A model generated the notes under the pieces. That model was not told the DNA's origin, ran no database searches, and worked only from the letters and a program-made list of their open reading frames with translations. 64,000 bases of DNA from the human T2T-CHM13v2.0 reference genome, Homo sapiens. The translations under genes and the position numbers were made by a program. The stretch lies in NCBI RefSeq assembly GCF_009914755.1, contig NC_060929.1; one strand, written 5' to 3'. This document shows, in pieces, positions 31,891 through 45,556 of the stretch. Numbering within the stretch: position 1 is the stretch's first letter; the number at the start of each line of letters is the position of its first letter.

Positions 31891-33416
31891 ACACAGAGAA
31901 TATGCTTTGCCTTGTGGTATAAGGAAAAAAAATAATGAGAGAGAGAAAAAGAAAGAGAGAGGGAGGGAAGGGAGAGAGAGAGAGAGAGATTACAGAGACA
32001 GAGATAGAACTAAGATATGGACAGATACACAATCAGCTAGTTAAAAATGACATATTTTAGTCACAGAGGTTTTTAAACAACCCACTTGCTAAAAAGAAAT
32101 TCTGTGTAACATCAAGAAATTTACTTTACTTTTCTGAGTTTTTTTAACCTAATATGCAAAATGTAGCTAATGATACATTACAGAAATTAAATGAGGATGC
32201 TTACAGTTTCTAGCACACACTTTGTGCTCAATAAATATGATTATTACAGCTCTGGGTTCTGGGGTCAAATGAATGAGATTTCTGTCTCATTCATATCTAC
32301 AAGCAAGATAAGTAACCTGTTTTTAAAGTTTTTAGAAAAGTTTGCATGAAAATCAAGTACATCAGTGCTGCTTAAGATACTTATAAATATTAGGAATAAA
32401 ATGGAGAGAATAAAAATTAGATGTACCATGCCTCTACATTAAAGATCTTACAGTTTTAAAATCATAGCTGTTTTATAAAAATTAGGTGGGAAAATATCAT
32501 TCCTTAATGTAAAGTTTCTGTGAGTGTTTTATTAAGCTGCTATTTTTATCTAAACATATACTTAGTTATATGCTGATATGAAAATTATTTCTGAGTAGAA
32601 CTAAGTGGCTTTTAGAGTGGATCTAGCATCCCTGATTATAGCTCTATGGGGTAAAGCTGATTCAAAACAATTTTCTGCAGCGAATTTGAGTCCTGAATGT
32701 GGAAACTCTCACAGCTCACCTCAGATGACTTTAATGAGATTTTCAGCCTCTATGAAAGGATTATAACTCTACCCCACTTTGACTGCTCCCAAAGAGCATG
32801 GCTCTGAATTCCAATGGCCATACAGAAGAGCTGTATTCCTGGCATTTTCCAGAGAGTAAAATCTTCAGTCAATGTCAGCCAAAATTTACTAAAAGAATTA
32901 TGATACTAAATGATTTGCAAGGACACAGTACATGCCGTCTTTAAAATTGTTTTTACTAAGTTGTGATTGTGTGGTGATGCCTTCAACCTTACATAACTTG
33001 TTGTTGATTCTCTGTAAAGGCCAGTGGAGTAGGAGACACAATGTGTATGGGTGCTTTGAGCAAAGGGATTTTCAACTATTTCTTCTTTGATGCATCCCAA
33101 GCACACAGTATCATGCCTGACAAATCCTAGGTTGAATAAATATTTGTTAGATATATGACTCCACGTTATTACACTGTCCTCATCAGGAGACCATTTGACA
33201 TAAATAATTCTAATTTTATACCAAGAAATATTGTGTTTTTCCTAAACAATTAGTTGATTTATATATTGAGGCCATTTAAGATTATGATGAAAAAGAGTCT
33301 TCTTGCATATTAATTTTTAAAATCTTGGTGACAAACTGCTATCCCAACCCTAGTAACTAATACGGGTCATTTTGGCACTCAGTGTCCACTTAATTAACAG
33401 CTGTACTTTGTAGTAA

Positions 33417-33772
<356 letters not shown>

Positions 33773-34229
33773 TAGATTCTTTTTAAGTCATATGAGATTC
33801 TAGAAAAGCAGAGAGAAAGAGATGTTTTCTAAATTACTATTCTAGAGTTAAACAGGATGTATTATAATTTTAATGGGTGTTTTCCATGAAGAGTATTACA
33901 GTAAATTGTGTAGGATCACAGACATTTCCCTAAGGATCATTAATCTGTCATTATCCGATTGCCATCTGCATTCCACTGCTAACAGAAGGATGGCTCAATT
34001 ATTTTGACCATGTATGACTGGGATGCTGTTACCTTTATTAACCATTAGTTGTATTATTTTTATTAAAAAAGATATCCTCAAGAATGAGCATGAGATTTAT
34101 TTGTAGGTAATCCAATTGTTCTGAAATTAAATTAGGTTGATAGTTGTACAACCCAATAAGTACACTAAAAACCATTTAATTGTATATGTAAATGTACAAA
34201 TTATGTAAATTGAATTTTGAACTCCTCCT

Positions 34230-34377
34230 TGGATTCTAAGAGATAATTCAGGATAATCTCCCTATTTGCAGATCCTTAACTTGATCACATCGACAAAGCA
34301 ATATTCCATGTATCATTCACAGGTTTCAGGAACTAGGACATGGACACCATGGGAAGGATATTATTCAGCCTACAACA
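34230..34377 (-). mobile_element. MLT1 (D/E-like) LTR fragment
   Basis: GATAATTCAGGATAATCTCCC...GATCCTTAACTTGATCACATC...TTATTCAGCCTACAACA. Confidence 0.7.
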
Positions 34378-34393
34378 ATGCCCACAAGGGCAA

Positions 34394-34401
34394 ATACACA
34401 A

Positions 34402-34445
<44 letters not shown>

Positions 34446-34578
34446 ACAGAGAGAGAGAGAGAGGAGAGAGAGAGAGAAAGAGAGAGAGAGAGGAGAGAGA
34501 GGAGAGAGAGAGAGGAGAGAGAGAGAAAGAGAGAGAGGAGAGAGAGGAGAGAGAGAGAGAGAGAAAGCGAGAGAGAGA
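34394..34578. repeat. compound (CA)n plus long interrupted (GA)n tract
   Basis: Directly visible; ~130-nt polypurine stretch. Confidence 0.97.
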
Positions 34579-35052
34579 TGACTTCCTATATGAGAGAAAA
34601 GCAGAGAAAGAGAAAGACGCTCAATTATGCAACAAGACAGAACCATACAAAAATGGGAGAGTTTGCAAGCCACTTATGAATCAAGGTATACAGTATTGTA
34701 CCATAATTCACAAATAAATACAAAGGTTAACTCAGCTAATATATTGAGGCTGGCATAAGAAAAGCTAGTTCTGGTAACAAAAATATTCCAAAAATATTCC
34801 TTCTTCTCTAAGGTTGTTGTGTAAACCTATCAGATTAGTAAAGAACAGAAGAATATGTATGTTTCTAAATGTTTCAAGGATTAATAGAACAATAACAAAA
34901 AGAAAGTGTACGTGTTTAAGAATCACAGAACCACATAAAGAAAAAGTGAAAAGAGAACAAAACAGGTAAAATAGTGGATGAAAAGTATGGATATATTGAC
35001 TAAAGTAAAAAATTGAGTAAGCTACCAGAGGTTAATCATGAGCCTCAAACTA

Positions 35053-35310
35053 TTTTTATTGTATAAATTAATGATGTAGAACATGATGTCTCGATATACA
35101 TATATATAGGAAAGTGATTACTACAATAAAACCAATTAACATTTCCCTCATCTCACAGTCAACTGTGTGTGTGTATGTGCGTGTGTGTGCTAAGACCACC
35201 TAAAATGTATTCTCTTAGCTAATTTCCATTATACCATACAATATCATTAACTATAGTCCTCATGTTGTACATTAGGTATCTATATGTATTCATCCTCCAT
35301 AATTATAATG
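35053..35310 (-). mobile_element. L1MA (MA9-like) 3' end
   Basis: ACATGATGTCTCGATATACAT...TTAACTATAGTCCTCATGTTGTACATTAG. Confidence 0.75.
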
Positions 35311-35548
35311 CTGAGTTTATTATATTTTAAGGTTAGTCACCAGGGAAGTCTCATTCCAAATGAGTTTCCTGAGGTCCAAAAAGTACCTTGATTGATAGTT
35401 TCTGCCAGTCAATATTCTTCCAAAATAAACCCCTTCAGTAAGATGTTTAATTTGGGAAGGGGGAACTAAACCAAAATTGTATCTTAAATCCTCTGGCTCC
35501 CAAATTCTGCCGTTAATAAATAAACAATTATCAAGTTTAAAAAAAAAA

Positions 35549-35768
35549 ACATGGACACGGTGGGGGGCATCACACACTGGGGGCTGTTGGGGGGTGGGGG
35601 GCTGCGGGAGGGATAGAATTAGGAGAAATACCTAATGTAGATGACAGGTCGATGGGTGCAGCAAGCCACCATGGCACATGTATACTTATGTAGCAAATCT
35701 GTATGTTCTGCACATGTACCCCAGAACTTAAAGTATAATAAAAAACAACAATAACAACAACAACAACA
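35549..35768 (+). mobile_element. L1PA7-like 3' UTR fragment with (AAC)n tail
   Basis: CATGGACAC...AGGAGAAATACCTAATGTAGATGAC...CCAGAACTTAAAGTATAATAAAA. Confidence 0.92.
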
Positions 35769-36065
35769 GGCCAAGCGCGGTGGTTCACGCCTGTATTCCC
35801 TGCACTTTGGGAGGCTGAGGTGGGTGGTTCACCTGACGTCAGGAGTTTGAGACCAGCCTGGCCAACATGGTGAAACCCCATCTCTACTAAAAATACAAAA
35901 AATTAGCCAGACATGATGGCAGACACCTGTAATCCCAGATACTCAGGAGGCTGAGGAAGGAGAATCGCTGGAACCCAGGGAGGCAGAGGTTGCAGTGAGT
36001 GGAGATCGCACCACTGCACTCCAGCCTGGGTGACAGAGTGAGACTCTGTCTCAAAAAAAAAAAAA
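35769..36065 (+). mobile_element. AluSx/Sz inserted in the L1 tail
   Basis: CACCTGACGTCAGGAGTTTGAGACCAGCCTGGCCAACATGGTG. Confidence 0.94.
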
Positions 36066-36698
36066 TGGCAATGGCAAAAATATAATAAACCATTATAATT
36101 ATATAGGGGCTCATCTCACCAAAACTCTTATATCTAATTTGATTCCACCACAGTTTTACACTTTCCCTTTTAGCATTTTCAAATTCTCTTGTATTGCATG
36201 TAAGACCATCCAATAGCATCTACCCAAAAGAAAAAGCCAATTGGTCTTGTTATCCACATGACCACCTTGAGAGCACATTGCAGCTTAGAGAGCACATGGT
36301 ATTGTGTTACTTATGGCATCAATAACAATGTCTAACTCACACAAGGTTTAATCTTAGTCATCTTTTATCATCATGGATGTTCCCTGGGCTCTTTCTAATC
36401 TGATCATATTGAAATGTGCTGTCCTGATATTTTATGAACTAGGGCAAAGTCACCCTTACTCACCATCCGAAGTCTCAGATGGTCCTTCTTACCCAGTAAT
36501 AAAAATGAAAATTATTTTCCTTGGCAACTCAGGCAGTATTCTGGTTAATTATGTGGATGTAATTCTTAGATTATTTGCATATTTTATAGCTGGTAATACC
36601 TTTACTTTACTGCCAGCTCTTTAACATACTATTTTATATTTACTTTATGTTATTTTGTCACATTTTAAGAACTTACTCAATTCATCTGAAATTCTTTC

Positions 36699-37458
36699 TG
36701 TTACAAATGTGGATCTAAAGGGAAGAGGTAACTTTCACGCAAGTAGAGAGTTTATTTGAGCCAAGCTTAAGGATTGCAACTGAAGAGCATAGATTCAAGT
36801 TGCCCTAAATATATATTCTGATTAGGAGCAATTACAAGTAGGATTTTAAAGAAGAAGAAGAGGTAGTTTCTAAGTTCTTTGCCATGAATTTACATTAAAA
36901 TAACATAAATTATTGATTGGCTATACATTTTTATTTGTATCAGAAAGCTAAGGAACATAAAGATAATGAGTAAGGCAGCTATTCAGGAACAAAATACCTT
37001 TAAACAATTGTGGGCCGGGCGCGGTGGCTCACACCTGTAATCCCACCACTTTCGGAGGCCTAGGAGGGTGGATCAGAGGTGAGGAGTTAGAGACCAGCCT
37101 GACCAACATGGTGAAACCTCATCTCTACTAAAAATATAACAATTAGCCTGACGTGGTGGCACATGCTTGTAATCCCAGCTACTCAGGAGGCTGAGGGCAG
37201 GATAATCGCTTGAACCTGGGAGGCAGAAGTTTTAGTGAGCTGAGATCACGCCATTGCACTCCAGTCTGGGTGACAGAGAGAGACTCCATCTCAAAAAAAA
37301 AAAAAAAAAAAAATTGCCTCTGGGCATGGGTACATGGTTGTGGTGTGGTGGTCTAGGGAAGTTCGTGACTGAAGTCTGATACTTATGTCTCTCTGGGCCT
37401 GATAAATTTTGCATACCTCACACAGCTCAGACTGCTCTAAGCTATTTTTCTCTTCTCG
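36699..37458 (-). mobile_element. MER101-like ERV1 LTR, interrupted by an Alu
   Basis: Reverse complement start GAGAAGAGAAAAATAGCTTAGAGCAGTCTGAGCTGTGTGAGGTATGCAAAATTTATCAGGCCCAGAGAGACAT; poly(A)-signal-like TTTATT near 36771. Confidence 0.7.
37013..37313 (+). mobile_element. AluS (Sx/Sq/Sg-like)
   Basis: Complete dimer; TSD approximately AA(C/A)AATTG. Confidence 0.94.
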
Positions 37459-37779
37459 CAAGGCAGATTCTACATACATTTAAAGAACATGTTTACATTT
37501 TTAAATTAATTTTTACAATATTTATAAGTGGTAACTATATATCAAAATATGATGTGTCCCCAAAACTATTATGATCATGCAGTGCCAGCTTATAAAATGG
37601 AAGCTAAAAATAATAAATACACATATAATTGAATTAGTTATCTTTTGAAATATTTCTAAAATGGCTTCCACACTACGCTCGATTTAGAAGTAGATATATA
37701 AACCCTGACCAAAAAAGGGTCTCATTCAGAATACATTACTTGCAAAAAGATTATACATTACGATTAACAAAAATATACT

Positions 37780-37945
37780 AGATAAAATGAGTTTTCAGTA
37801 GATATGTTATAAAATTGAATATAAACATATTGAGTACATATTTTGCAAGATGTTACCATCAGGAGAAACCAAAGAAAGCATCCATGGAATCTTCTATTAT
37901 TTCTCACAACTTAATGTGACTTTACAATTATCTCAAAATGAAAGC
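37780..37945 (+). mobile_element. old L1 (L1MC-like) 3' end
   Basis: TTTTGCAAGATGTTACCATCAGGAGAAAC...ACAATTATCTCAAAAT. Confidence 0.65.
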
Positions 37946-38544
37946 ATTAGTTAAAATGTTAGATAACTCTCGAAAAATGATAATTAAAAAGTAAATATAC
38001 CCTTTTGGCTTTCTTTTAAAATTTTCTAAATGTATTCATTCATTATTCATTTGTTCATATAGTTTTTTATTTGTTTTCTTGTCACTTAATTACTTATCAA
38101 TTTCAAAAGATATTTTGTGATATATTTCACTTACTGTACTTTATTGCTGCAAATATTCCAAACTGATAATAATAAGGAACTTAGATAGTCTCTTATCTGT
38201 ACATAAGTTAGACAGTTAAAAAGTTAAAAGAAAAAAGTTGCTATTTGTTTCTTTGTAAATCAGTAGCTTTCTGTTCCCTACCAAACACTAATCCATCTTT
38301 TTTTCATTAATATATTTGACAAATATTTATTAAGCAGCTATCTGCAGATTCCTGCTGTTCCAAGCATTGAGAATTCTGGTGAAAATATAGTTTCTTCTCT
38401 TTACATCAGATGTATGGACATGAATTGGAGAGTTCCACACATAAACAAGTAGAAAAATATAACAAGAATATATTTTCAAATGCCTCAGAGATGGCTTCTA
38501 CTTTCCCCTTCAAGCTTTTCCCCTTTGTGTATTCCATCTCTTAG

Positions 38545-38752
38545 GACAATGTTTAACAGCACGCTTGTTATTGTGGGATTGAAAGTTCTCTGTTTTGGGG
38601 AGTTGTGAAGTGCACGTTATCAGCATCCTAGGCCACTACATCCCATCCACTACTTGCCAGTAGCATTCACTTCTCAGGTGGTGAAAACAAAACAGTTTGC
38701 AGACATTACTCCCCTTGGTGGAGAAGGGTAGAATTGTGGTTGTATATCACTG
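38545..38752 (-). mobile_element. MER20 hAT-Charlie MITE
   Basis: CAGCATCCTAGGCC...TGCCAGTAGCA...CAGACATT...GGTTGTATATCACTG. Confidence 0.7.
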
Positions 38753-39044
38753 CCCTAAAGACTTCTGAAGTTTTTGCCCCAAGGGATTCACATAAATGCC
38801 CCAAGGACCTCAGAGTGGGTATTAAACTTTTTTATCAAGATGATAAATTCTGAAGGTAGACTTTGAGAAGAGAGAAAGTGCCATGTTTTTCTAAATTTTT
38901 AGACTAAAGTCAAATGAGGAAAAAAAAGGCATAAAATAAAGTCAAAGAAGGGATATGAAACTTTAAAATACTTCTGACTCTAATTCTGAGGAGATGAATG
39001 CCTTCTGGAGATTTTTTGAGTAGAAGACTAATATTATATGAATT

Positions 39045-39157
39045 TAGGGTGACCAACTTATTCTGGTTTGCCTGGGACTTTCCCAGTCTTTGTTCTAAAA
39101 GTCTCATTTCTTGTGAAAGCTCTTAGCTTAAGTAAACCAGGGTTATTGATCACACTA
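39045..39157 (+). mobile_element. MER81 hAT-Blackjack MITE
   Basis: TIRs TAGGGTGACCAA and TTGATCACACTA; 8-bp TSD TATGAATT/TATAAATT. Confidence 0.85.
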
Positions 39158-39186
39158 TATAAATTTTATTTTAAAATGATTAATCT

Positions 39187-39572
39187 GTGGATAAAGAAAA
39201 TGTGATATATATACACAGTGGAACACTAGGCAGCCATTAAAAGGAACAAAACAATATCTTTTGCAGCAACTGGGATGGAACTGGTGGCCATTATGCTAAG
39301 TGGAGTAACACAGAAGTGGAAAACCAAAAACCGTATGTTCTCACTTAGAAACGGAAGGAAGTTATGAGTATGCAAAGGCATGCAGAGCGATATAATGAAT
39401 TTTGGAGACTCAGAAGGGAGGGGCCCAGGGATAAAAATCTACGCATTAGGTACAATGCACACCACTCCAGTGACAGGTACACTATAATCTCAGATTTTAC
39501 CAATATATAATTTGCCCATGTAACAAAAAACCACTTGTACCCCAAAAGCTATTGAAATAAAAAAAAGAAAAA
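39187..39572 (+). mobile_element. L1PB4-like 3' end
   Basis: GGAGACTCAGAAGGG...CCATGTAACAAAAAACCACTTGTACCCCAAAAGCTATTGAAATAAAA. Confidence 0.88.
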
Positions 39573-39830
39573 AGCTCACTCTGTTTAAGAATGTATGGTA
39601 GGGCTAGGGTTGACGGCAGAAAGTGGAAAGTATTAGAAGACAATGGTAATAATCTATTTAAGAGATGACGGTGGCTTTTCCAGGTGATGTTCTGTTCCAT
39701 TTGGGGCATATGGAGCTTGAGATGTGTGTTATATATTCGACTTGAAGTGTCAATCGACATTCTGTACAAATCTGAAGCTGAGGAACCCGGATGTAACTTT
39801 GGGAGTAGTCAGGGTTTTTAAAAACCATGA

Positions 39831-40201
39831 TGTTTAGGTTGAATTGAGTACCGTCAAATTCATACATCAAAGTCTCAACCACCAGTACCTCAGAATGTAA
39901 GTATATTTGGAGATAAGCTCTTTGAAGAGGTAATTCAGTTAAAAATGGGGCTTTTAGGGTGGAGCCCTAATCCAGTATGGGTGATGTCCTTATTAGAAGC
40001 GGAAGAGACATTCGGGTTGCACGCACACAGAGAAAAAAGCCATGCTTGGACACAGCAGGAAGGCAACCAACTTCTCAGAAGAAACTGAACCTGCTGCCGT
40101 CTTGATTTGGGTTCCCAAAACTGTGAGAAAATACATTTCTGTTATTGAAGTCACTGAAGCTGTGTTGTGTTATTATGGAAGTTCTAAAATGTGAATATAC
40201 A
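39831..40201 (+). mobile_element. MLT1B-like MaLR solo LTR (within antisense L2 relic)
   Basis: CCAGTACCTCAGAATGT...CCCTAATCCAGTATG...AACTGTGAGAAAATACATTTCTGTT...ATACA. Confidence 0.8.
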
Positions 40202-40530
40202 TGGTTTTAGATGGTATGCCACGTAAGGTGAGCTCGTAAATGCAGGACGCTGAGTGAAGGGCGCTACACAAGGTAAAGGCTGGGAAGAAGAACCAACGTT
40301 TGTCAGAAGGATTGTAAAGTTACAAGCTGATGCAATGCAATAGAAATCCCGAAAACATACAAACCAAAAAAGGAATGAGGAAAGATCATAAAGATAAGAG
40401 GAATTCAAGGTCATTAGGGTTAGAATAGGTTATTATTTTTTTTTAATGTAAGAAGAAAGATAATATTTTTAAAACATGTTTGAGTCCTCAAGTGGATAAA
40501 AGCAGAAAAGCAGAGGTCCCTGGGTTGGTC

Positions 40531-40695
40531 TTTTTTTTTTTTTTTTTTGAGATGGAGTATCCCTCTGTCACCCAGGCTGGAGTGCAGTGGCGCGATCTAG
40601 GCTCACTGCAAGCTCCGCCTCCCAGGTTCATGCCATTCTCCTGCCTCCTGCCTCAGTAGCCAGGACTACAGGCGCCTGCCACCGTGCCTGCCTGG

Positions 40696-40736
<41 letters not shown>

Positions 40737-40852
40737 TAGAGACGGGGTTTCACCGTGTTAGCCGGGATGGTCTCGATCTCCTGACCTTGTGATCTGCCCG
40801 CCTCGGCCTCGCAAAGTGCTGGGATTACTGGCGTGAGCCACCGCGCCCGGCC
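40531..40852 (-). mobile_element. AluY whose central linker is a pure T38 run
   Basis: CACTGCAAGCTCCGCC, GTGTTAGCCGGGATGGTCTCGATCTCC; T38 at 40697-40734. Confidence 0.95.
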
Positions 40853-42646
40853 TGGGCTGTTTGTTCTTTTACACAAGAGAAAAGATCATTTATCCTTTTT
40901 TCACAGTAAACAACAACAACAGCAAAAACCCTGGAGTCCATGCAGATAGCTTACTAGATTTTGTGACGATGAGTTTATTTTTATATGAAGGTGTCTATTC
41001 ATTTCTATAAATAAGAAACGAGAGGAAGAAGGTTGATGGAGCTTATATAGATTGGAAGTGAAGAAACATAGTATTACCTCTGAGAGTTGGAAAGTGAACT
41101 TATTAAGAAAATGTAGGAGAATGAAAAGTCCTATGTGTGCTTGTGAGGCATTTACTCATAAAATTAAGATGAGATTCATCAGAAAGGTGAAGGTCTAGAA
41201 AAGACATATGTATTAAAATGATGGATTAGAAATGTAGACTGGATTCTATCCTAGCTACAAAAAAAATGTATTTTTTAGAGTTTTAGGGAAAGTTTGGGAC
41301 AATAATTTTTGGGCTTTAGGGGGACAACTTGGAAATATATTATGGATGAAGGTTTCAAGATGGAAGAGGAACAGGAGAGTAATAAAAGATGGCTTTTAGA
41401 TTTTGTGATTGAGGAATTAGTGGCTGCATTGCCAGACACCTTTCGCAAACTCTGTGAAGGAGGTTTTGAAATGGAAATTAGGAGTTTCATTTTTTTTTTA
41501 ATTCTTTTGCAGACTGCTAATACCTGTCTTACTCTATAATGTCAGGGTTTAAATAGGAACAAGATCAGCCAGCTAACGGGAACGTTTCTTAGCCTCTCTT
41601 CTAAGTAGGAATAAAAAAGTAACAGAGTCCTGACAAGAGAATGTGACAGGGGCTGCCTCTAGATCTTGTTCTTAAAGAATTGGGTTCCTCAGATGGGCAG
41701 GTGAATACCTACCAGTGCATCAGCCAGAAACGAATGACATGAATTAAGGATGCCAAAACTATTAAACTATCTCCAATACATACTAATCTAAGACTAAAAA
41801 AAAGAGAATGCTAAGAGTTTTTTTTTTTTTGGTTTTGTATTATGCTATTAAATAGCTCATAAACTCATTGATAAAAGCTTTAGATACAGAGAACAACCCA
41901 TTTCCAAATAAGTCCCCCCACCAACACACATGCACACATCACAAAATATGTTAAAAATAAAAAGTTTGTAGAAGACTGCCTTTGCATTCTTCATATTCTA
42001 CTAGTTATCACACAATCACTCAGTTCCATATAATGCCAATATTATTTTATTTTGTTCCCTTAGGCCCAAATAATGCTTACCTTGCATTCACAGAGAATTT
42101 TACTGTAAAATTAAAATATTGTCTGATTCCTCAAAAACAACCAAATACATGATGTGATTGATTTTTATTAGTTACTTTTGAAACCAGGGGTCTAATCTGT
42201 AAATATACCTCATGTTTTGAGATTCCAAAATTGTATCTATACCCATAATACCCTATGATTCTAACCCTAATTGTTTAATGTTTATGTTGTTATTTTTACA
42301 TAATAAAAACAAAATAATAAAGAAGGATACAGTTCATCATCTCGATATGTAAAAGGTCTATAATGAGGTTATTTAATACTATAATGATATATATTTATAT
42401 TCAAGTAGGAAAAAAGACATGTCAGATGAACAGTTCCAGAAACTAGGAATGGGTTACATAATTTATTATTTTTCCCTCTGCTCTAGGATGTGTGTTTTGG
42501 CTTTACTCTAAGATCATGGTATCATAACATTTCATGTGTCCAGATATCAGGAGGAATATTGCTACTCTACTAGATGAGAAATGTACCACTTTAAAGACAT
42601 TAGTGGACTATTTCACTAGATAGATTAACTATTAAAAGTAAGCCTA

Positions 42647-42926
<280 letters not shown>

Positions 42927-45389
42927 TTAAGCCTAAAATATTTTATTACAGATATTATTTGTACCTTCTAATTGAAAGAAAACATATTCACAAATATATA
43001 TTATGCACATATAAACACTCATATATATACATATATAACATGTATACATAAATTTACACACACATATGTATTTAAAGAGATTATAAGACAACCAACCATG
43101 AATACAGAGAAAGACAAAGTGATAGAATGTCATATACTAGTAGTTTTTGTTAATTTGATTGTAAACTGAATACGCAGTTCCTGTAACTGTGGTTGTTTTC
43201 ACTTAAAAGGGGTATAAAATGACAAGTTCTATATACATATTTTAAAAAATACCTACTTTTACCTGCAAGTGAAATTCAAAGCATAATATCCAATTGCACA
43301 ATAAATACTTCTTGCTCATGTCATAAATGGCACTAATAATAGCATTTATAATAAAAATTAGTAATGCAATAATTTGTCTTGATGCCAAGTGACATGAAGT
43401 TAAATTTTGTTTTTAAGCAAAGAGAGTACTTAAGGCAACTGTGAATTGGCATCAGTGTGTTGACAGACAGCAAGATTCACTTGCAATCTGTATTTTTGGC
43501 CTAAAACTACAATTCAGTGTTTAGATAATAAGTCCCATAATCATCCAGGCAACTAAGGCAAATAATGCATTTTCTGAACCTGTCCTCACAAGTTTTTCTT
43601 TCTTCCATCTTAATTTACAAATTCCTGAACACTTAATGGGGAAGAATCATTTGAGTTGCTTTGAGGAAATGAAAGAACTGAAATAGCCTTTATTTTGAAA
43701 ACAATCAGTAGAGTAACTTCGATGTGCCAAGTGGAGTGTCAAATCAAATCACTTTAGAAAGCGGTCCTCATGTGTTTAAGTTTCATTAGCCAGTGGGAAG
43801 AAATGAATTCTTGTTACTATCTACAGCTTTGTTGCTGGTATATTAGAATCTACAGAGACATCACATGGCACCAATAAACCTGGCCAATTTGCCTTTTTTG
43901 GGCTGCCTCTGATATCATCAGCTCCTGACTTTTTGCTTCCTGCAAAGATTAGCATGTTACCTTGATGATATACTATTCAGGAACATATGTGCACTGTTGC
44001 AATCAAACTGTCAGCTCGGAATCAAAGTTCATTTCCCTCATGTGAAATGTGCAGGGGGAGGCTCCTTTTCCCTATATGAGTATCATTTATCAAAGTTCCA
44101 TTTGAAGATTGCATGGCCTCAAAAGTATTATAATTTTGTTCCCCAAAGAATGCTCACAAAAGTTTAATGCATCTGGAATTGAGGCAATCCAAGTAACAGG
44201 AATCAAGCTGTACCTGAAGCCATTGCCTTCTCAGCCCTCAGGCACTAAGGGGAGATTTTCTTCCAGGGGCCCTGTGGTGCCAGCCTTGCAATTTGCCTTT
44301 AGAAAGAGTCTCTTTCAATTTGTCCTCTTCATCCAAACATGACATGCTTGTATATGTACATGTGCATGTGTGTGAACATATTTGTCAAATGTTGAGACTA
44401 TTTTAATCATTTACATATTGTGATCATCAGGCTTGTGTAACCCGATCATTAAAATATGCCTGTCTGGTAGGGGAAAAAAAAACAGTTAATGGCTTTGCTC
44501 ATCTAATGTATGTGTCAATGTCTCTGTTTTGGGACAAAAAAATGATTTAAAATGTTAAAGGGCCTGGAAAAAAGCATAAGATTGTTTATGGCAATCTTAT
44601 GTAATATGACTTTACATAACCTTAGTTTTCAAGGGCAAGCTGAAATTTCATATCACAGCCAATCTGTGTTATGTGACAACAACCACCACAGAAAAATCAG
44701 AGCTACTTAGATTTTTAGATTTAAAGCAAATCAAGAAATATTTTAGAGATGTTAATTCAGCACTGTGAGTTAGAGAAAGGATAAGTAATATAGATGGGTG
44801 CTCCAGTTATATGAATTAGAACAGAAATAGAATCATTGGCGATACTCTAATAACAGGAGAGAAGAATAGAGTGCAGCAGAAGCAAAGGGTTAACTTGAAA
44901 GCTGGGATGTCAACCTTTCTTATTCCCTTTTTAGAAAGAAAATGACAGAACTCAGCAAATACTTCAAGACCAACATCCTATGTGGGAAGAAAAGGAATAA
45001 AAGGCAACGCAGTTTACACAGATGCTAGCAGCACAGTACGGAAATTTAGGGTTTGTCTATGTGGAAAGGCAAACTTCTTTGCTTCTAAGAATATAGTTTC
45101 TCTCTCACAGGGCCCCATTACTCAGCAGCATAGTAACTGACAGTACAATGATAAAAAGTAAGAATTAGATAAAATCAGGAGGTTCATCATGCAAATGGAA
45201 ATCAATAGAAACATTATATTGTGATTAGACTAATAACATATTTTTCAAACATATGGGCAAATTATATTTATAAATTCTTTAGTAACATTTTTCTTTCATA
45301 TTTGTTTATTACAGGGGTATATGAACTAGATGAAAAAATATCACCCTTTCCATTGGGATCATTTCAGGGTTCCTTCAGAGTGAGTGATG

Positions 45390-45556
45390 GAAGTGGGAAG
45401 AGGGAGGGGGAGTGAGAGAAAGAAGAAAAGGGGAAGGAAGAGGAGGGAGAGAGGAAGAGAGAGAGAGGAGAAGGAAGAATAAAAGGAAGAGAAACAGAGG
45501 AAGAGGAAGAAGGATAAAAAGGGGAAGAGACGGGAGCAGGAGAAGGGAGATGGAGA
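45390..45556. repeat. purine-rich (GA) low-complexity tract
   Basis: Directly visible. Confidence 0.9.

Noticed and set aside
34266-34717. 125-137 aa HT/ER-rich ORFs (similar at 8626-8989, 31661-32044, 45364-45573)
   Set aside because: Kept open by stop-free microsatellite or purine tracts
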